Positions 1 to 14,100 of a stretch of DNA of 64,000 nt are shown piece by piece; positions within the stretch are counted from its first letter, which is position 1, and each line of letters starts with the position of its first letter. The translations under genes and the position numbers were made by a program. Location: assembly GCF_963921235.1 (NCBI RefSeq), contig NC_086109.1, positions 14,944,001-15,008,000 of the forward strand. Direction: 5' to 3'. The notes beneath the pieces were generated by a model. It was not told the DNA's origin, ran no database searches, and saw only the letters and a list, made by a program, of their open reading frames with translations. The DNA comes from Mobula hypostoma (taxonomy: Eukaryota).

Positions 1-111
1 CGGCAAGAGACATTTACACAATCATTGCATTCATTTAAAAATAATAATATACCGATGACAGCAACAGAAACACTTGGGAGATCGGAAGGAAATGGAAGTG
101 GGTTGCCGCAC

Positions 112-258
112 CTTCTGTATCCTAGGATGCAGCCGTGAGGGGCAGGGTGGCAATTGGTTCAAAGCATTGGTTATCTCCTGTGTTTCAATTAACGCAAGCG
201 CGTTGCAAATTGCCATCACAGACTGGACCACTCTCTCAGCTTTCGGTGAATGATCAGC
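112..258 (-). CDS. PIK3C2B: PIK3C2B coding exon 8 (147 nt); gene continues past base 1
   Basis: atttgcag|GCT...AAG|gtgcgg; encodes ADHSPKAERVVQSVMAICNALALIETQEITNALNQLPPCPSRLHPRIQK. Confidence 0.96.
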
Positions 259-800
259 CTGCAAATAATAAATATACTTCAGATAAACAAAAGAATACCC
301 AGACTCTTTTCTGCTCAGTAATTGAACATAGCATGCATAATAGTTTACTGGAATTGCTGGATTACTGGAATTGCTGCTTTCACAAGGATCAAATATTGTA
401 AAGGAGTAATCTTTTCCGTCTTAAATTTTATGGATGGGGATCCACTTACTACCAGAGGTCACCTGCCACATCAACTCCAGTCCAAAGTTTGGCTGAGACA
501 TGCTTCAACAATAACCTCTCACTCGGTGTCAACAAAATCAAATGTGTGATTATTGACCACAGGAGAAGGAAACGAAAGGCTCGTGAGTCAGTCCTCATGG
601 GGGGAATTGGAGGCAGAGAGGCTCACGAGCTTTAAATCTATTAATGTTGACATATCAGAAGATTTGTCTTTGGAGCAGCACAAATCTACATATTAATTTG
701 TTGGAATTAAACTCTGCCCACAAAACTGAGAATGAGCTGATTGCACTGTTGTGAAGGCTCTTAAATTGTGCAGTTTGTTTTAGGTAGTAGAATACTAACT

Positions 801-1170
801 TCATTCGTTATGTGCTGTGTCAGTAGACATGGGTGATCATAGTCCTTCCATGACCATGACTGTTCTTGGCAAATTTTTCTACAGAAATGGTTTGCCATTG
901 CCTTCTTCTGGGCAGTGTCTTTACAAGATGGGTGACCCCAGTCATTATCAACACTTCAGAGATTGTCTGCCTGGCGTCAGTGGTCACATAACCAGGACTT
1001 GCCAATGTGCACCAGTTGCTTATACAACCTCCTGCCATGGCTTCATGTGACCCTGACTGGGAAGCTAAGCAGGTGCTACACCTTGCCCAAGGGTGACCTG
1101 CAGGCTAGCAGAGGGAAGGAGCACCTTACACCTTCTTTGGTAGAGACGTATCTCCACCCCACCACCCGAG
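801..1170 (-). mobile_element. ~370-bp SINE-like/non-autonomous retroposon with RTE-type 3' end (copy 1)
   Basis: Near-identical to 44750-45136 and 53074-53415. Contains AAGGCAATGGCAAACCA. Flanked by atactaact/ataccaact (imperfect TSD). Confidence 0.75.
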
Positions 1171-1945
1171 ATACCAACTAATAGGCACAATTTTGAAAAA
1201 TTTACAGTGAAAATAATTAATGTTATTTCAGCTCCGTACGCTTTATGAATGATTTTTAGATTTGGGTAAATAATTTGAACCTATTTTCACTTGTACCCAT
1301 TACCAGTCTTTAATATCCCAAGCAATACTATTTTTTGTGTAAATGGTCGCATTTGCAACTTTAAATGCATTTTGAATGAAATGTTCTGATTGAACTGAAT
1401 TTTGAAATTCAGTCCCTACACAGTAACTGCTAGTAATGACTATTGAGAAACCTGGACCTTTGTCTCAATCAGTGCAAGGCCTGGCCTCATTCTGTTGTTG
1501 GTCCCTCTTCCTGACAACACTCAATACCAAACACAAAAACTCACAAAGTCGTCAGTCCTGGAGGTACCCAAGGTTTAAAAACCCTGAAGGGACAAGTTAT
1601 TTTATGGAAAAAGTAAAAGAAAATTTAGGGGAACAGAATTATCATATATATAGCTCTTCACAATGTTGACTGAGAGCAGAATTAGAATTAGGGTTAACGT
1701 CATCACAGGCATATGTCTTGAAAATTGCTGTTTTGCAGGAGACGTACAAATGAAAAGAATAATAAAACTATAAATTACAATTATATATAAAATTTAAATT
1801 AAATAAGTAGTGCTAAAAGAGAAAAAGATAGTCAGGTACTGTACATGAATTCATGTTACAGGTGAATGAGCTGTCCAAGGCTGCATCAACCCAAGGCATC
1901 AGATAAAAAGACTTCAAAGCATTATTTTGTTGCCACATTACGTAC

Positions 1946-2009
1946 CTCCGCCATCAGAAAGCTATCCACCTCGTTTTGGTAGGTGTTGAAGAGAAGGGTC
2001 AGAGCTTGC
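1946..2009 (-). CDS. PIK3C2B: PIK3C2B coding exon 7 (64 nt)
   Basis: ttcatgcag|G...GAG|gtacgt; encodes QALTLLFNTYQNEVDSFLMAE; phase 2 to 0. Confidence 0.95.
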
Positions 2010-2268
2010 CTGCATGAATTACAAGAAAAAAGTTACGAAACAAACAATAACAATCTTTCATTGTTAAACTGAGGTGGACCGCTTACTACATATGTGTAAA
2101 CAGGAGAAGAGATATTTGGTAGCTACTAGTCACTTATACAGGTGACATACTCCTGTATAATATATTCTCTCCATTACATTCATACATGGAGAGAAACTGA
2201 TAAAACATCAATCATTATCAATCTCAAGTAACAGTGTTGAAACAAACACTGACGGACCACTTTCTCAC

Positions 2269-2348
2269 CTGGTTATGGTTTGTTTTAAGGGTCTCTCTTG
2301 TAAGTGTATGTAATGATTAAGAGTCGATGGGCTTTTGTCATCACTGGC
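2269..2348 (-). CDS. PIK3C2B: PIK3C2B coding exon 6 (80 nt)
   Basis: gttttcacag|GCC...CCAG|gtgaga; encodes ASDDKSPSTLNHYIHLQERPLKQTIT(R); phase 0 to 2. Confidence 0.96.
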
Positions 2349-3647
2349 CTGTGAAAACAAAGTAACTAAAATAGGTCAGTCTATACTTCTCATCCCTTGG
2401 TAGGAGTGAGAAAATAAAGATGGAGGTACACAATAAAAAAGTGTAGACAGAAAAACAGAGTACAAAACTGAGCAAGCAAAACAAACTGTTTTATTATCCT
2501 GATGGAAAATTTAAAAAAAAACAGGAAATCTTAAATAAAAGTAGCAGGTCAAGCTGAGTTAAAAAGATAAAAAAGGAAAAAGGGCTAAAGTTTCAGGTCA
2601 AAGACCCATCCACAGAATTTAACTGTTAACTCAGATTCCTTTCCACAGATGCTGCCTGACCTGATAAGTGTTTCCAGCATTTAATCCTCTTACTTTCTTA
2701 ACCTGCAGAATAAATACCTAGCATGAACCCCTGACATGAAACTACTCACTATATCCTTACCACCACAACTCTGTCATGACATCCAGCAAGAAAACTGGGA
2801 TACGTATTGCTCCACTATCGCCAAATCATCTAGAAATTAAAATCTATTTCATTCACTTTAAGTTGCAAGTTTAAATCAGCTTATTTGCTTAGGAACCAGC
2901 TCACTGGACACTGTGTAATGAGACAACTGCCATGTTGAGAGTCACCTGCATATTACTAAATTAGGTGCACTAACTCAAAAATTTTCTATCCATGATACCT
3001 GCTATTTTACAGCACTCTCAAAATGTCAATTCTCCAGTAATCACAAATCAGTCAAGATGTGCCTTGGTGCAACCCGAGAGGAAAATTATCAGGGCACAAA
3101 TAACTAAATTCAAATTAGTATTACTTATGCAAAAATTAGAGATCGAGAGGACTATTTGATTGGGAGAGGTACGGAGGCAAGATATCATCCACTAAACTCT
3201 CAAGAAGAGCATGTAAGGAGAATTTATGTCATCATCTGATTCAAGATTGGCTAATGCCATTTCCAGTACATAAAGTGTAAAGGAGAACAAAATATTTGTT
3301 ACTCCAGATCCGACACAGCACAAAAAGCACGATGAGATAAAGAACACAATAAATATAAATATACAAGATAGCATATGCACATAGATTGATTTTATCATAA
3401 AGTGACACTGGGTGCCAGAGTGGCTGTACAAAATGCGATCAATTCAAATTCAAAGTAGCACTAATGTAAAAAGATCACAAATGAAAACAGGATGTTGCAG
3501 TCAAATCTCTTCCTTCTCAGTCTGGTGAATAACCAGGTATTACAGATAAGCAAGCACTTGTGCAATTCAATTCTTTAGCTTCTACCACTGGTGATTTTAA
3601 GATAAATATTTTGAAGGAATCAGAACAGAAAACTTTTAATTACTTAC

Positions 3648-3759
3648 AACGCGCTTCAAGTCCTTGCAAACGGCTTTGAGCTCCATCAAGTAAAGCTTGA
3701 TGTCCACATCAAACTTGCGGCAAAACTGAATGTATTTGTGGCTCCCGATTGTGTGTTTA
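3648..3759 (-). CDS. PIK3C2B: PIK3C2B coding exon 5 (112 nt; end of Ras-binding domain)
   Basis: ttcttttctag|T...GTT|gtaagt; encodes KHTIGSHKYIQFCRKFDVDIKLYLMELKAVCKDLKRV; phase 2 to 0. Confidence 0.96.
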
Positions 3760-4942
3760 CTAGAAAAGAATTGATTCAGTCACAATCCAAAGTAAAAACT
3801 ATTTCCTTTCTTAGCAAATTTGGAAAAGAGACAAGTGCAAATATAGCTATAATATCAATATTTCAACTATTGATAACTATCACCCTTTAACTTACTAAAA
3901 TAAATCCAATGTACATTTTATAAAAATTAAAATAATCGAAGTCTCAACCATTGATACCAGCCTTGCTCAGTGTTCATGACTCAGCCTAAGATATACAGAC
4001 CATCAGAAAATCATATAACACATCAGTAAGCAATTCAGTTCAATGGGTCAGTGCATGCACCTTCAGAGTTAGCAATCAGTTTCAATCTCCCACTTCCACC
4101 ATAGCTCTGTATATTTAAAGAGGAGGTTGATAGGTTCATGATTAGTAAGAGCATTAAAGGTTAGGGGCGAAGGCAGGAGAATGGGATTGACAGGGATGAT
4201 AATTTAGCCATGATTGAATGGAGGAGCAGACTAGATGGACTGAGTGGCCTAATTCCATTCCCAGGTCTTACGGTCTTTCTAATATTTGTCTACATCTAAC
4301 TGGTTTTAGAAATATGTTATAAAATAGCTCTTACATCAATTTGGTAAAACAGCTTTCCTTCTATCATGATTTTAATACGGTTATTTTAAAATCAATAAAA
4401 TTGTCAGTATCTGATAATAAAACAGATTTCATTTACTCGAGTGCCAGCTGCATTCAACCCAGACCCATTAAGTAAAGGATGATCCGTGACTAGTTACAAG
4501 TCTTAATTGGCACATAGTTAGCCACCTGCACCCAGGGTCCTAAAGTCTCTCTGTCTACTTTTACTCACAGAGCTCGGAGCACAAATGAAAAGCTGACTAT
4601 ATAGTATATTGCATCCTAAATACCATCATGGTACCATTGAATTTCCGGGCCACCATTTCTCCTCATCTGCAATTCTACCTGATGGTTTGTGTCCTGATAA
4701 ATAAAATTGTCCCAAGGCAAGGCTGCATTAAGCTTTTGTGATCTGCAAGCCAAGGTCTCAAAACAAATATCCCTTTCCCTTATTTTGTCTTCAATCCACA
4801 CACGTACTTTCCTGAATATTAGTCACAAACACCACATTTAGTGCAATCAGTCCATTAAATGGTCAAAAAGTTAATTCACTTCTACTAGGTTAAATATTTG
4901 GAAATTATTTTCCATTGAAAATATACCACAGGATAGCAATGA

Positions 4943-5080
4943 CCAGTCCTGAAGGAGCATCTCAGCCCGAAATGGTAACTGTTTATCCATTTCCATGGAT
5001 GCTGCCTGACCTGCTGAGCTCCTCCAGCACTTTGAGAGAGTTGCTTCAGATTTACAGCATCTGCAGACTTTCTCATGTTT
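4943..5080 (+). mobile_element. Penelope-like element terminal fragment with degenerate hammerhead
   Basis: ccagtcctgaagg...cagcccgaaat...gatgctgcctgacctgctgag...cagcatctgcaga, shared with the other PLE ends in the window. Confidence 0.7.
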
Positions 5081-8039
5081 ACCCAATAATGTTATTCTTT
5101 GGAAGACAGATCGTTGTTATGCATTTTATTTGTTATTTTTTCATGAAATATTCTGAGACTGTATCTGCTGTGTAGCACTAAAACCCCTTCAGACACTTCA
5201 TGATAAAAACCAACAGCCAGCTAAAGAACAGGACATTAGCAGAAATGGCCATAACTTCAGACAGAGCTATATTTTATCAAGTATCTTCAAGGAACGTTGG
5301 AAGGAAGACGCTGTAAAGGTTTAGGGAAGAAACTCCTCACAGGACTTCAACAAACCAAGGCAAAGTCACAATGATAGCAGTGATGGTGGTTAAAAAAGGT
5401 GGATATGTATCCAGAATTTGAGAATTACAGTTCTCAGGGTGATGGTGAAATGGGAGGTGGGGGGGGGTGAAATTGTAGGACAAAGGGATAAACATGGGCC
5501 GAGGCGAAGAATCAGAATGCAAGAATTTAAAATTCAAGCCACTGGTGTACTGGGAGTCAATATAAATGAGAGGTTGGGTCAGTTTGACATGGTTGTTTAT
5601 TTCCCTTCCAAACAGGCAGAGTTACAGATGAGTTTAAGCTAATTTAATGTGTTAGAAGGGAGATATACCAGAGTATTTGGCTGACAAGGATCAATTAAAA
5701 TCTTCTTTAATCAGGGATATGAGGAAGAAGGTTTCAATCTCCAAAGGATGACACATTTGGATGGTAGACAACTGTAAGGTGTGAATAAAATTCAAAGAAC
5801 CACATTAGATTACAGTACCTAAAGAAGCCAGTTGTGTACCATTATGGACCCCAGGCCAAAAAACAACATGGATTAATCCCTCTTCCCAGTTCCACTGGTC
5901 TTAGTTCTGCAGCTCTACTATCAGAGCACTTTTAAAAAATATGATTGATGATCATTTCAGCCTTCACCAAATTTTCAGACACTAAATTCCAGCCAAACAC
6001 ACTCTCTGACAGAGAACTGTATCACACCCATGTTCTAACTGACAGCTCCACAAGCATTATATGTCACTATTCCAGTGGCTGAAAATGTAAGCAGCACAAG
6101 GCTGTTTCTTCAAATTTATATAAAGTAATACAGATATACATCATTAAAAAACATGCTTGGATTTTCAATTGGCATTTGACAGTAAAAGGCAATTATCCTG
6201 CTATGAGTCATGCATATACAGTTACAGCTAAGGAAGGCCGAGAAACTGTGTGACTACCATAAGCAGGTGTTCACATCTAATTACCAACCACTTTAATGAG
6301 TTTGAACCCAAATGCCAGCTGAGACTGGGCAGGCAAGTTGAAGAAACTCGAGAAACATTAGGTCAAAGGACTGAGCTAGTAAATCAGACATCAATCTTAG
6401 AACAACAGCTTATTGCCTGGATACCAGGGAGAGATATGATGTCATGGCACCCAGATTACAGGAAAAACAGTTTTAAAAAATCTTCAGCCACTCTCATTAG
6501 CTAATGCAATATGCTTTTTTAAATGAATGAGTCTTCATGGAAACACCAGCTTTACTTTTTTTTAAGTGTTAATTTTACTGCAACAAAATTTTAATCAATT
6601 AATAGTTATTAAAAACACAAAACACATGATTCCCAAATTAAGGAACCTAATAAACAATGATTCTCCACTGACACATTTGATTAATCAATTAATTTGTTTA
6701 TGAATTATCTTTCTCTGAAAATGCAAAATGCTGATCCAATTTTGTTTAGCATCATGCACTTTTGCCTTCCAAAATATCATTTTGCAATAACATCAGCAAC
6801 ACCAGTACAAAAGTAATACAATATATGACAAAACAGGCATGATTTCTAAGAACTACATAAATACATTGCTTTAATTAGTATCAGAATCAAAATCGGGTTT
6901 AGTATCATTGGCATACAGTATGTCATGAAATTTGTCTTTGTGACAGGAGTACAATACATAATACTAGAAAAAATGTGAATTACATTATATCTATATTATT
7001 AGTTAAATTTAATAAGTCATACAAAAATAAAAATGTATGAGGTAGTGTTCATGGGTTCAATGTCTAATTAGTATTAATCATCTTGACTAAACCAGTAGCA
7101 AGCAAAATAATCTAATGTGGGTTTGTTGAACCTAAAGGAATACTGTGCTCAAAAAAACATTTGGAACTTGAAGCATCCAGGATTACAGATGAGATTTCAC
7201 AGAGCAACAACATTCAATAGATGATAGCTTTAACATCACCTCAAGGAGTAGTTCTCAGAACAGACAGGAAGGAACTCCTCCAGTTATAACTTCCGTAAAT
7301 ATCAGACACTCTGCTGGTTCATAGCTGTTGTATCACATTCAGAAACAGATAAAAGGATCCTTGGCAAACAATTCATCGAATGGTATCACCCTAATTCTGC
7401 ACAACCTTCAGGAGCGCAGTGCTTCGATTCAAATTGGTAGATTTACAAACCATTATAAAGGATTGAGTTCGTAACCTGATCTGGATTTTTTTTTAAAAAA
7501 AGGATAGATCATACCTGATTAATTGAACTTTGCAAAGGAATTGCCTGCTGTTAAGAAAAGAATGGAGCTTGCATATAGGTTTTGTGCTTTTGTTCTGACA
7601 AGATGCTGTGCAAAAGCAAGTATAAATAACAGCACATGTTGAAGGAAGCATAGCTGCACCAGAGGAACGGAAGGACTGAGGGAAAGGATACTTTTCTTTG
7701 GGCTGACATTACAAGTGTTGTGGTTCCACACTGGGGTCTACTTCCTTGCTGCAATGATTTGAAAACTTTTATTGAGGCAATAAAGATAAAGAGGGAGAGA
7801 TGACTGCTGAGTTGCAAGGCTTCAGAGAAAGATTTATTCTTGACTATTTGCTTTATTCTCACACTGAATCATCATCTCCTTACCAGGAGTATTCATTACA
7901 AACTTCACGCCGTGGTTGTGCCCTGGAAACAAGTTCAGTCCTGGCCCCGAGTGCTCATGCTCTTCCCCATGACCATGGGAGCTCACACCCCCTCCCAACC
8001 CCGGTTTGGTTTCCTTCCACATTCCAGGTGAGTGGTGTT

Positions 8040-8523
8040 TAGGGTTGCCAACTGTCCCGTATTAGCCGGGACATCCCGTATATTGGGCTAAATTGGTTTG
8101 TCCCATACAGTACCGCCCTTGTCCTGTATTTCCCCCGCTAAGGTACAGCGTTCCTATGAAACTGTTCGTAAGCCGAAATGGCATAAAGCGAAGAAGCAAT
8201 TACCATTAATTTGCAGTATATGGGAAAAATTTTTGAGCGTTCCCAGACCCAAAAAATAACTTACCAAATCATATCAAATAATACATAAAACCTAAAATAA
8301 CACACTAACATATAGTAAAAGCAGAATCGGGAAGATTAAGTCAAAACCGATTTGTAGGGGGGAAAAATCAGCACGTACACGCATGCGCATGTCAAGCAAG
8401 TGCACGCAAGTGCCCGCGCAAGGCTTCATGGTCATGGTAGTCTTTCTCGGGGTAAACACAAGTGTCCCGTATTTGACTGCTACTTTTGTCCCTTATTTGG
8501 GAGTGAGAAAGTTGGCAACCCTA
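8040..8523. mobile_element. Non-autonomous hAT DNA transposon (MITE)
   Basis: 14-bp TIR TAGGGTTGCCAACT...AGTTGGCAACCCTA. 8-bp degenerate TSD gtggtgtt/gtagcgtt. Subterminal TGTCCCGTATT repeats. Confidence 0.85.
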
Positions 8524-8531
8524 GTAGCGTT

Positions 8532-9150
8532 GCAGCAACAACCGAGCATTCAACATCAGTAAGACCAAAGAACTTGATTGTAGACTTCAGAAAGGGTAAG
8601 ATGAGGGAACACACGTCGGTCCTCGGAGGGATTAGAAGTGGAAAGAGTGAGCAATTTCAAGTTCCCAGGTATCAATACCTGAGTCCAACATATTGATGCA
8701 GCTACAAAGAAGGCATGACAGCAGCTATATTTCATTATTGAAGAGATTTGGTACGTCACCAAAGAAACTCACAAATTTCTACAGATTTACCATGGAGAAC
8801 ATTCTAACTGGCAGCATCACTGTGGCGGGGTGGGGGGGGGCATCGAAATAAACTGCAGAGCTTAATAAGCTGCAAGCTTTGTCAGCTCCATCATGAGCAC
8901 TAACCTCCATAGTATCTTCAAGGAGTACTGCTTCAGAAAGGCGGCAACTACGATTAAGGTCCAGGTCATGCCTTGTTCTCATTGCTGTCATCAGTAAGGT
9001 GGTACAGAAGCCTGAAAGCACACCCTTAGTGATTCAGGAACAACTTCTTCCCCTCTGCCATACGATTTCTGAATGGACATTGAACCCATGAACACGGCCT
9101 CACTGCCTTTTTTATTTCTATTTTTGCACTATTCAATTTAACTATTTAAT
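8532..9150 (+). mobile_element. Rex1/Babar-type LINE 3' fragment (decayed)
   Basis: Frameshifted RT C-terminal motifs (NISKTKE/LIVDFRK, FRNNFFPSAIRFLN) plus the typical 3'UTR. Confidence 0.75.
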
Positions 9151-9162
9151 ATACGGTATATA

Positions 9163-9780
9163 GAATCAGAATCAGGTTTATTGTCACTGGCATGTAACGT
9201 GAAATTTGTTAATTTAGCAGCAGCAGTTCAATGCAATTCATAATCTAGCAGAGAAAAATAAATAAAATTAAAATTATAATAAATAAACAAGTAAATAAAT
9301 TACGTATATTGAATAAATTTTAAAAAACGTGCAAGAACAGAAATACTGTATATTAAAAAAAAGTGAGGTAGTGTCCAAAGATTCAATGTCCATTGAGGAA
9401 TCGGATGGCAGAGGGGAAGAAGCTGTTCCTGAATTGCTGAATGTGTGCTTTCAGGCTTCTTACCTAATGGTAACAGTGAGAAAAGGGCATGCCCTGGGTA
9501 CTGGAGGTCCTTAATAATGGGCGCTGTCTTTCTGAGACATTGCTCCCTAAAGGCTAGTAGGCTAGTACCCAAGATGGAGCTGACTAGATTTACAACCTTC
9601 TGCAGCTTCTTTCGGTCCTGTGCAGTAGCCCCTCCATACCAGACAGTGATGCAGCCTGTCAGAATGCTCTCCACGGTACAACTATAGAAGTTTTTGATTG
9701 TATTTGTTAACATGCCAAATCTCTTCAAACTCCTAATAAAGTATAGTCGCTGTCTTGCCTTCTTTATAACTACAACTATA
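9163..9780 (-). mobile_element. Rex1/Babar-type LINE 3' fragment
   Basis: ORF 9300-9728 reads KRFGM...NFYSCTVESILTGCITVWYGG...DRKKLQKVV...HALFSLLP; tail of TCTGAT-type repeats. Confidence 0.8.
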
Positions 9781-11148
9781 CAGTTGGGACAGTATAGTTA
9801 CTGTAATTCACATTTTTTCTCTATTATTATGTATGCAGTGTTTTGCTGCCACAAAGACAATCAATTTTACGGCATATGCTGGTGATATTAAACCTGATAT
9901 AAAAAAAAACTTGCTGAATAATTGGCTACTGTAGATTACCTGCAGTAAAGATAGGAGCAAGAGAAGCAAGAAGAATTGATGGGTTTGTGAGGGAGAACAG
10001 ACTACAAGAAAACAAGTGAGGGAATTGGATTGTTCCAAGAGTAGGAAGAGACCGAAGAGGCTACATATTTTCCTTCAAAACGCCAAAACAAAATTAAAAA
10101 GTGTTACATAACAAATATTTAAGAGAAGTTTCATTTCAACGTAGAAGAGAAGTTTGGATAGGTACATCGATGGGAGGAGTATGGAGGGCTCTGGTCGCAA
10201 GTTGGTGGTACTAGGCGGTTTAAATGGTTCGGCATGGACTAAATGGGCCATAGGACCTGTTTCTGTGCTGTAGGTTTCTATGCCTGTATGACTAAATCTG
10301 CGTAGGATGGATGATTGTGAAACTATTGTCATCTAGAGTGAAATTAAACAGTCTCACTGATGTTGTGATTTTGGGTATTGGAAGTCAGAAGTGGGATACT
10401 TCAGGCTACTCCCAGTTGTGACCCACGGAATAAATGATTTTTGAGAACTGAGGCTCTTTATTTTAAAATAAAGGAGAACACAGTTTAAATTTGCAGTCCT
10501 AGGCTTGGCCCATTTTCCCATTTATCACAGAGGACAAATGCACTTTGTAATATGGCTCATTCCTGAATTCTCATTAAACTGTTATTCATGCAGTGGTAAA
10601 TCCAAGAGCATAAGTTCAATTGACCTTATTATAAGGAAGCTCTGAGGATGGATGGGGAATAAGAATTATCTAATAACTAGAAGTAAACTGAAGCAATAAG
10701 GAAAGCAAGGAGATGAAATAACAAATTGCTGCCAAAAATGGCAATATCCTTAAAGTGTCACAGGCAACATCCTTGTAATCAACGATCTCAGTAAGAATGG
10801 TAAATAGTCAGCATGACTTACTTGATAGAGGTAGCTGCTCATGAGATGGAGGGCACGTATATGGGGACTGTATCCATTTTGATCTTCACCTTGGGAAGTT
10901 ATAATGGCATTCCTTGCTCTGTACATAACATTTTGGCCCTAATATTCAACAGGAGTCCCTGATGAATTTCAAGTCCACAAAATTTATCCTACGGTATTAG
11001 CAACCAACTGATTGAAGTCACCTTGGTATATCTGGCTTGACATTCTCACTTAAACCTGATATTGTGGGTTTGAGGGTCACTCACAGACTTGAGGACAGTA
11101 ATTTAAGGCTGACAGTTCAGTACTGTACAGGGAATGCCTTGCTTTGCC

Positions 11149-14100
11149 CATAAGAGATAGGACCAGAATTCAGCCAAACTGCCCATCAAGTGTACTCCGC
11201 CATTTCTTCACGGCTGATCCATTTTCTCTCTCAACACCATTCTCCTGCCTTCTCCCCATAAGCATTTACACCCTCTGCCTTAAATACTCCCAATGGCCTG
11301 GCTTCTACAGCGACCATGGCAACAAATTCCACAGATTCACCACCCTCTTGCTAAAGAAATTCTTCCCCATCTCTGTTCTAAATGGGCATCTCTCTATTCT
11401 GAGGCCTGCCAGCTGGTCCCAGGCGCCCCCACAATATGAAATGTCCTCTCCGCATCCACTCTAATTAGGCCTTTCAACATTTGATGGGTTTCCATATGAC
11501 ACAGGAGTAGAATTAGGCCATTTGGCCCTTCGAATCTGCTCCACCATTTCATCATGGCTGATCCAATCTTCCTCTCAACCCCAATATCCTGTCTTCTCCC
11601 AGTATCCTTTCATGTCCTGACCATTCAAGAATCTATCATCCTCTGCCTTAAACATGCATAAAGACTTAGTCTCCACAGCTGCCTGTGGCAAAGAATTCTA
11701 CAGATTCCCCAATCTCTGGCTCAAGAAATTCCTCCTCATCTCCATTATTAAAAAACACCCCTCTATTCTGAGGTTGTGTCCTTTGAGTTTAGACTCTCCC
11801 ACCATAGGAAACACCCTATCCACATCCGCTCTATCAAGCCTTTCGGCATTTGATAGGTTTCAATGAGATCTCCCCCTCATACTTCTAAATTGCAGTGAGT
11901 ACAGGCCCACAGCCATCAAAAGCTTCTCATGTGATAACACTTTCATTCCCAGAATCATTCTCATGAATGTCCTCTGAACCCCCTCCAATGTCAGCATGTG
12001 ATTTCTTAGATAAGGGAACCAAAACTGCTCACAACACTCCAAGTGAAGCCTCACCTGTGCCTTTTACAGCCTCTGTATTACATCCGTGCTTTCATATTCT
12101 AGTCCTCTTGAAATGAATGCTAACATTGCATTTGCCTTTCTCACTGACTCAGTCTGCAAGTTAACAGTTAGGGAATCCTGCATGAGGGCTCCCAAGTTCC
12201 TTTGCAAATCAAATTTTTGAATTGTCGGCCTGATAAGAAAATAGACTGTGCTTTTGTTCCTACTACCAAAGTATATGACCATACACTTCCAGACACTGTA
12301 TTCTTTCTGCCACGTCTTTGGCCATTCTCCTAATTTATCTAAGCCCTTCTTCAGCCCCCTTCCTCAATACTGCGCGCCCCTCCATCTATCTTCATATAGT
12401 CCGCAAGTTTGGCATCAAAGCCATCTATTCCGTCATCCAAATCATTAACATATAACATGAAAAGAAGTTGTCCCAACACTGACCCCTGCAGAACAACACT
12501 AATCACTGGCAGACAAACAGAAAAGGCTCCCTTTATTCCCAGTACTTGCTTCCTACCAATCAACCAATCTTCTATCCATGCTAGTATCTTTCCTGTAATA
12601 CCATGGGTTAGCATCTTGTTAAGAAGCATGTGAGGCACCTTGTCTAAGCCTTCTGAAAATTCAAGCACATAACATCCACCGGTCATCCTTTATCTATCCT
12701 GCTTGATATTCTCTCAAAGAATGCCAGCAGATTTGTTAAGCAAGATGTCCCCTTAAGGAAGCTCTGTTGACTCTGCCTTATTTTATCATGGACCTCCAAA
12801 TACCCTGAGGTCTAATCCTTAACAAGCAACTTCAACATCTTCCCAACCACTAAGGTTAGACGGAATAATTTCCTTTCTTCTGCCTCCCTCCCTTCTTGAA
12901 GAGTAGAATGACATTTGCAATTTTCCAGACCTCCAGAACCATGGCAGAATCTAGCAATTCTTGAAAGATCATTACCAATACCTCCACAGTCTCTTGAGTT
13001 ACCTCTTACAGAACCCGGAGGTGTAATCCATCTGGTCCAGGTGGCTTATCCGCCTTCAGACTTTTGAGCTTACCAAGCACCTTCTCCCTAGTAATAGCAA
13101 TTGTACTTAATTCTGCTACTGACACTATAGAATTTCCACCATACTGCTAGTGTTGTCTTCCACAATGAAGACACGTGCAAAATATTTAGTTTGTCCTCCA
13201 TTTCCTTGTCCCCATTACTACCTCTCCATCATCATTTTCCAGTGGTCCAATATCTACTCCCGCCTCTCTTGCTTCATATATATCTGAATTAAGTTTTGGT
13301 ATCCACTTTGATATTATTGGCTAGCTTACCTTCAGATTTCATCTTTTCTCTCCTTAAGACATTTTTAGTTGCCTCCTGCTGGTTTTTAAAAACTTTACAA
13401 TCTTCTGACTTCCCACTAATTTTTGCTCCATTATTTGTCCTCTCTTTTACTTTTAAGCTGTCTTTGAGTTCCCTTGTCAGTCACAGTTGTGTCATCCTGC
13501 CTTTAGAATACTAATTCTTCCTTGGGATGCACAGTAACCTACAACTTTCGACTTGCTTCCAGAAACTCCAGCCATTGATATACTGCCATCATCCTTGCTA
13601 GTGTCCCCTTCCAATCAACTATGGCCAGCTCCTCTCTCATGCCTCCAATTCTCTTTACTTCACTGTAATACTGATGCATCTGCCTTTAGCTGCTCCCTCC
13701 CTCTCAAATTGCAAGGTGAAGTCCATCATATTATGATCACTGTCTCCTCAGGTTCCTTTACCTTAAGCGCCCTGATCAAATCTAGTTGTTTATACAACAC
13801 TCAATTAAAAATAGTCTTTCACCTAATGGCTCAACCACAAGCTGCTCTATAAAGCCATCTTGCAGGTGTTCTACAAATTCTCTCTTGGAATTCAGCACCA
13901 ACCTGACTGACCTGCAAATTGAAATCCCCCATGACGATTGTAACATTGCCACCTATGACATGCATTTTCTATCTCCCATTGGAATTTGTATCCTACGTCC
14001 TGCTACTGTTCAGAGGCATGTATATAACTCCCATCAGGGTCTTTATATCCATCTAGTTTCTTAATTCTACCCACAAGGATTCTACATTTTCCATTCCGAT

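Noticed and set aside
31..111. Tail of ORF 31..264 (VRQPTS...)
   Set aside because: Intronic read-through after AAG|gtgcgg; the true exon is 112-258.
7800..8042. His-rich short ORFs resembling a zinc-transporter fragment (HGHGEEHEHSGP)
   Set aside because: No convincing splice framework or extended homology that I can support; may be a decayed repeat.
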